Source: a virus
Taxonomy: Duplodnaviria > Caudoviricetes
Reading direction: 5' to 3' (one strand)
Length of the DNA: 55,005 nucleotides
Virus record (IMG/VR): IMGVR_UViG_3300031539_000039
Span: 1 to 55,005 of that record
Shown here: one piece after another, positions 52,968 to 55,005 of the stretch
Numbering within the stretch: the first letter of the stretch is position 1
Layout of the letters: every line of letters begins with the position of its first letter
The notes under the pieces: generated by a model
What the model was told of the DNA's origin: nothing
The model's database searches: none
Seen by the model: the letters and a program-made list of their open reading frames with translations, nothing else
Translations under genes and position numbers: made by a program

Positions 52968-54254
52968 ATGACAATCCTCATCATACCAACAGAGCACTGT
53001 CAATTCCGGTGTACCTATTGCTTCGAACCAGACTCGTTGAGGCACAAAGAAGAATATCTTGAACCAGATATTACCGCTGTTCAGCGATCTTTAGACAAAC
53101 TATGGGGAGATTCCTATCAGGGCAGTGATATTGGCATACATGGCGGTGAATGTACGACGTTACGCCCACGGGAGTTAGAGCCCTACCTGAAAATGATTTT
53201 CGACAAAATCGGGCACACAGGTATTACTACGAATGGCTATAACATTGATGATGGTTACATTCAATTATTTAAGAAATACAAAACATATGTTGGGATAAGT
53301 TGTGACGGCCCTGAAGCATTGAATACTTTACGTGGTCCGAATCCACAAGATGCAAATGGAACCAAAGGATATAATCGTAAGTTGAAAAAGATTCTTCGAA
53401 AGTTACGGAAGGCTAGAATCGATGTCAGCATGATGTGTATCCTACATACTGAGAATGCTGGGAATGAAGATAAACTAGATCAACTGAAAGAATGGGTGGT
53501 ATGGCTCTCCGATATGGGCATCACCGGCGGACGATTTAACCCACTATATGCTATGCCCTGGCAGTCGAAGTATCAACTAGATAACGATCAACTGTTAACT
53601 GCTTGGAAGGAATTAACCAACTTAACTTTTGACTACAGCCTTCGATGGAACCCAATCAGAGAGATGGAAGACAGCCTACTAGGATTCTCGGTCTCACCAT
53701 GCACATTCGGTCAATGTGACAATTTCCAGACCAGTACTATCAGCATTCTGCCTGACGGTACAATTAGCAATTGTGATCGTACATTTGAATATGGATTACA
53801 TTTGCGAAGTGAAACTGATTTATGTAGCGGTAGGTACCAGGCGCTGATAACAGATCAATGTAAAGACTGTAAGTATTGGAACTTGTGCAATGGTGGATGC
53901 CCAAGTGAAGGTGTCGATGGAGACTGGCGGAACAAGAGCAGATTCTGCGAAGCATACTACGGCTTATATGAGTACGTTGGACAAAAAATAAAGGGATTGT
54001 TTCCAAACGTTATGCTAGTTACCGAGAGCACTGAGCGAGAGCCATTCAAGTTGATGTCCTACCGTTACTCATCGAAGCCGTCGGTTTATGGAGCTGCGCC
54101 ATTAGTTGAAAATTGTCCACCGACCCCATCAACTCAACAGGTAGGGTATCGTCCCCATGGAGACCACTATGATGAGACGCAACGGATACTACAACCTGAG
54201 CAGCGCATTAATCGCCCGCACGGAGATCACTATGACGAGGCGTTACGAAGATGA
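52968..54254 (+). CDS. Radical SAM/SPASM peptide/protein maturase
   Basis: CQFRCTYC, HGGE, TTNG, GISCDGP; SPASM C....C...DGTISNC and CKDC..WNLCNGGCP...FC; C-tail RPHGDHYDE x2. Confidence 0.93.
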   Translation: MTILIIPTEHCQFRCTYCFEPDSLRHKEEYLEPDITAVQRSLDKLWGDSYQGSDIGIHGGECTTLRPRELEPYLKMIFDKIGHTGITTNGYNIDDGYIQLFKKYKTYVGISCDGPEALNTLRGPNPQDANGTKGYNRKLKKILRKLRKARIDVSMMCILHTENAGNEDKLDQLKEWVVWLSDMGITGGRFNPLYAMPWQSKYQLDNDQLLTAWKELTNLTFDYSLRWNPIREMEDSLLGFSVSPCTFGQCDNFQTSTISILPDGTISNCDRTFEYGLHLRSETDLCSGRYQALITDQCKDCKYWNLCNGGCPSEGVDGDWRNKSRFCEAYYGLYEYVGQKIKGLFPNVMLVTESTEREPFKLMSYRYSSKPSVYGAAPLVENCPPTPSTQQVGYRPHGDHYDETQRILQPEQRINRPHGDHYDEALRR

Positions 54255-55005
54255 GTAAACCCGACCTGTTCCCATTTACAGTGTTATCATGGAACAGTGC
54301 TAAGATAAAGAGGAAATGGGAGCCTATACAAAGAGAAATTCAAAATGCCGTAGCGTTTGCTGAATATGAAGGAGTAAAAAGAGGCCACCGACGCTGTGAC
54401 GTGTACCAACTTGATCCACACAGCTTCGATCACCAGATTGAGAAGGTTTTCATGGATGGATTATCCTACCTACCGATACTGCGATCACAACTATACCCTG
54501 GTTTTGGGCATCGGCACTATCTCGTAGAGGAATTGAAACAAGATACGTTTGTTTACGGGGTTGTTGGAAAGACATTGGAGGATGCTAAACTATTCAAAAA
54601 AGCCAGTGTTGGTGATGTAGATCACAACCAGATAGGAGAACTGCTAGGCTATCCAAAATGCTGTCGTGACTGGTTTTTAGAGGTTTGGTTGAAAGAAGGA
54701 AGCTGTGACCCGATGTATGAAACAGCATTGAATACGTCGAACCATGAAGTTAATGACGATGGATCTGTCACCGTCGGTGGTAATCCAAAATACAACAGGT
54801 TGATAAGGTACTTCGGGCTTCAGGCGATTCCATACTTCACCTGCAGTTATGAGTGTAAAGAATCTGAGAAGTTCATTGACTGGTTTTATGGTTTGATGTA
54901 CGAGAAGGCTCCAGATGCCTGCGAGATGTTACTGGAGGCGTTGAATATGCCGATGAAATGGTCACTGAACAATCTGATCATATACATAGAGCACCCACTA
55001 TTCCG
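54251..55005 (+). CDS. DUF483-like Cys-rich protein (continues at 138-198 across the circular junction)
   Basis: My translation: MSKPDLFPF...IGELLGYPKCCRDWF...IPYFTCSYECKES...; ATGA overlap with rSAM; missing from ORF track because it has no stop before the window end. Confidence 0.8.
   Translation, partial: MSKPDLFPFTVLSWNSAKIKRKWEPIQREIQNAVAFAEYEGVKRGHRRCDVYQLDPHSFDHQIEKVFMDGLSYLPILRSQLYPGFGHRHYLVEELKQDTFVYGVVGKTLEDAKLFKKASVGDVDHNQIGELLGYPKCCRDWFLEVWLKEGSCDPMYETALNTSNHEVNDDGSVTVGGNPKYNRLIRYFGLQAIPYFTCSYECKESEKFIDWFYGLMYEKAPDACEMLLEALNMPMKWSLNNLIIYIEHPLF
54880..55005. repeat. Terminal direct repeat (right copy)
   Basis: Identical to 12-137. Confidence 0.95.

Noticed and set aside
1-55005. 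Stop-codon reassignment
   Set aside because: TAA, TAG and TGA all terminate well-formed genes, and coding density is high under the standard code.

Overview
This window appears to be a complete circular (or circularly permuted) ~54.9 kb genome of a tailed dsDNA virus (Caudoviricetes), since 12-137 is identical to 54880-55005. The host is probably archaeal, inferred from TATA-like promoters, GGAGG/GGTGA ribosome-binding sites, many Zn-ribbon and RHH/wHTH proteins, a Topo VI-A-like protein, and no recognisable peptidoglycan endolysin. Nearly all genes are on the minus strand: small early genes, three DNA methyltransferases, terminase, portal, DUF2213 protease, an encapsulin-like HK97 capsid, a 10-gene glycosylation/tailoring cassette, neck, fibres and tail. 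The exception is an AT-richer plus-strand operon spanning the contig ends (52608-55005 + 1-3664). It encodes a radical SAM/SPASM enzyme, a DUF483-like Cys protein, an HExxH protein, an alkaline-phosphatase/sulfatase-fold protein, two glycosyltransferases and a nucleotidyltransferase. This operon converges, with overlapping stop codons, on the last gene of the tail operon: a 386-aa protein with ~64 (H/F/Y)-x-(D/N) triplets. That is the motif grammar of triceptide (three-residue cyclophane) RiPP substrates, and the rSAM enzyme carries the same motif (RPHGDHYD x2) in its own C-terminal tail. The main hypothesis is a virus-encoded RiPP-like system that poly-crosslinks and decorates a virion tail protein. 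All family calls come from visual motif recognition, not database searches.
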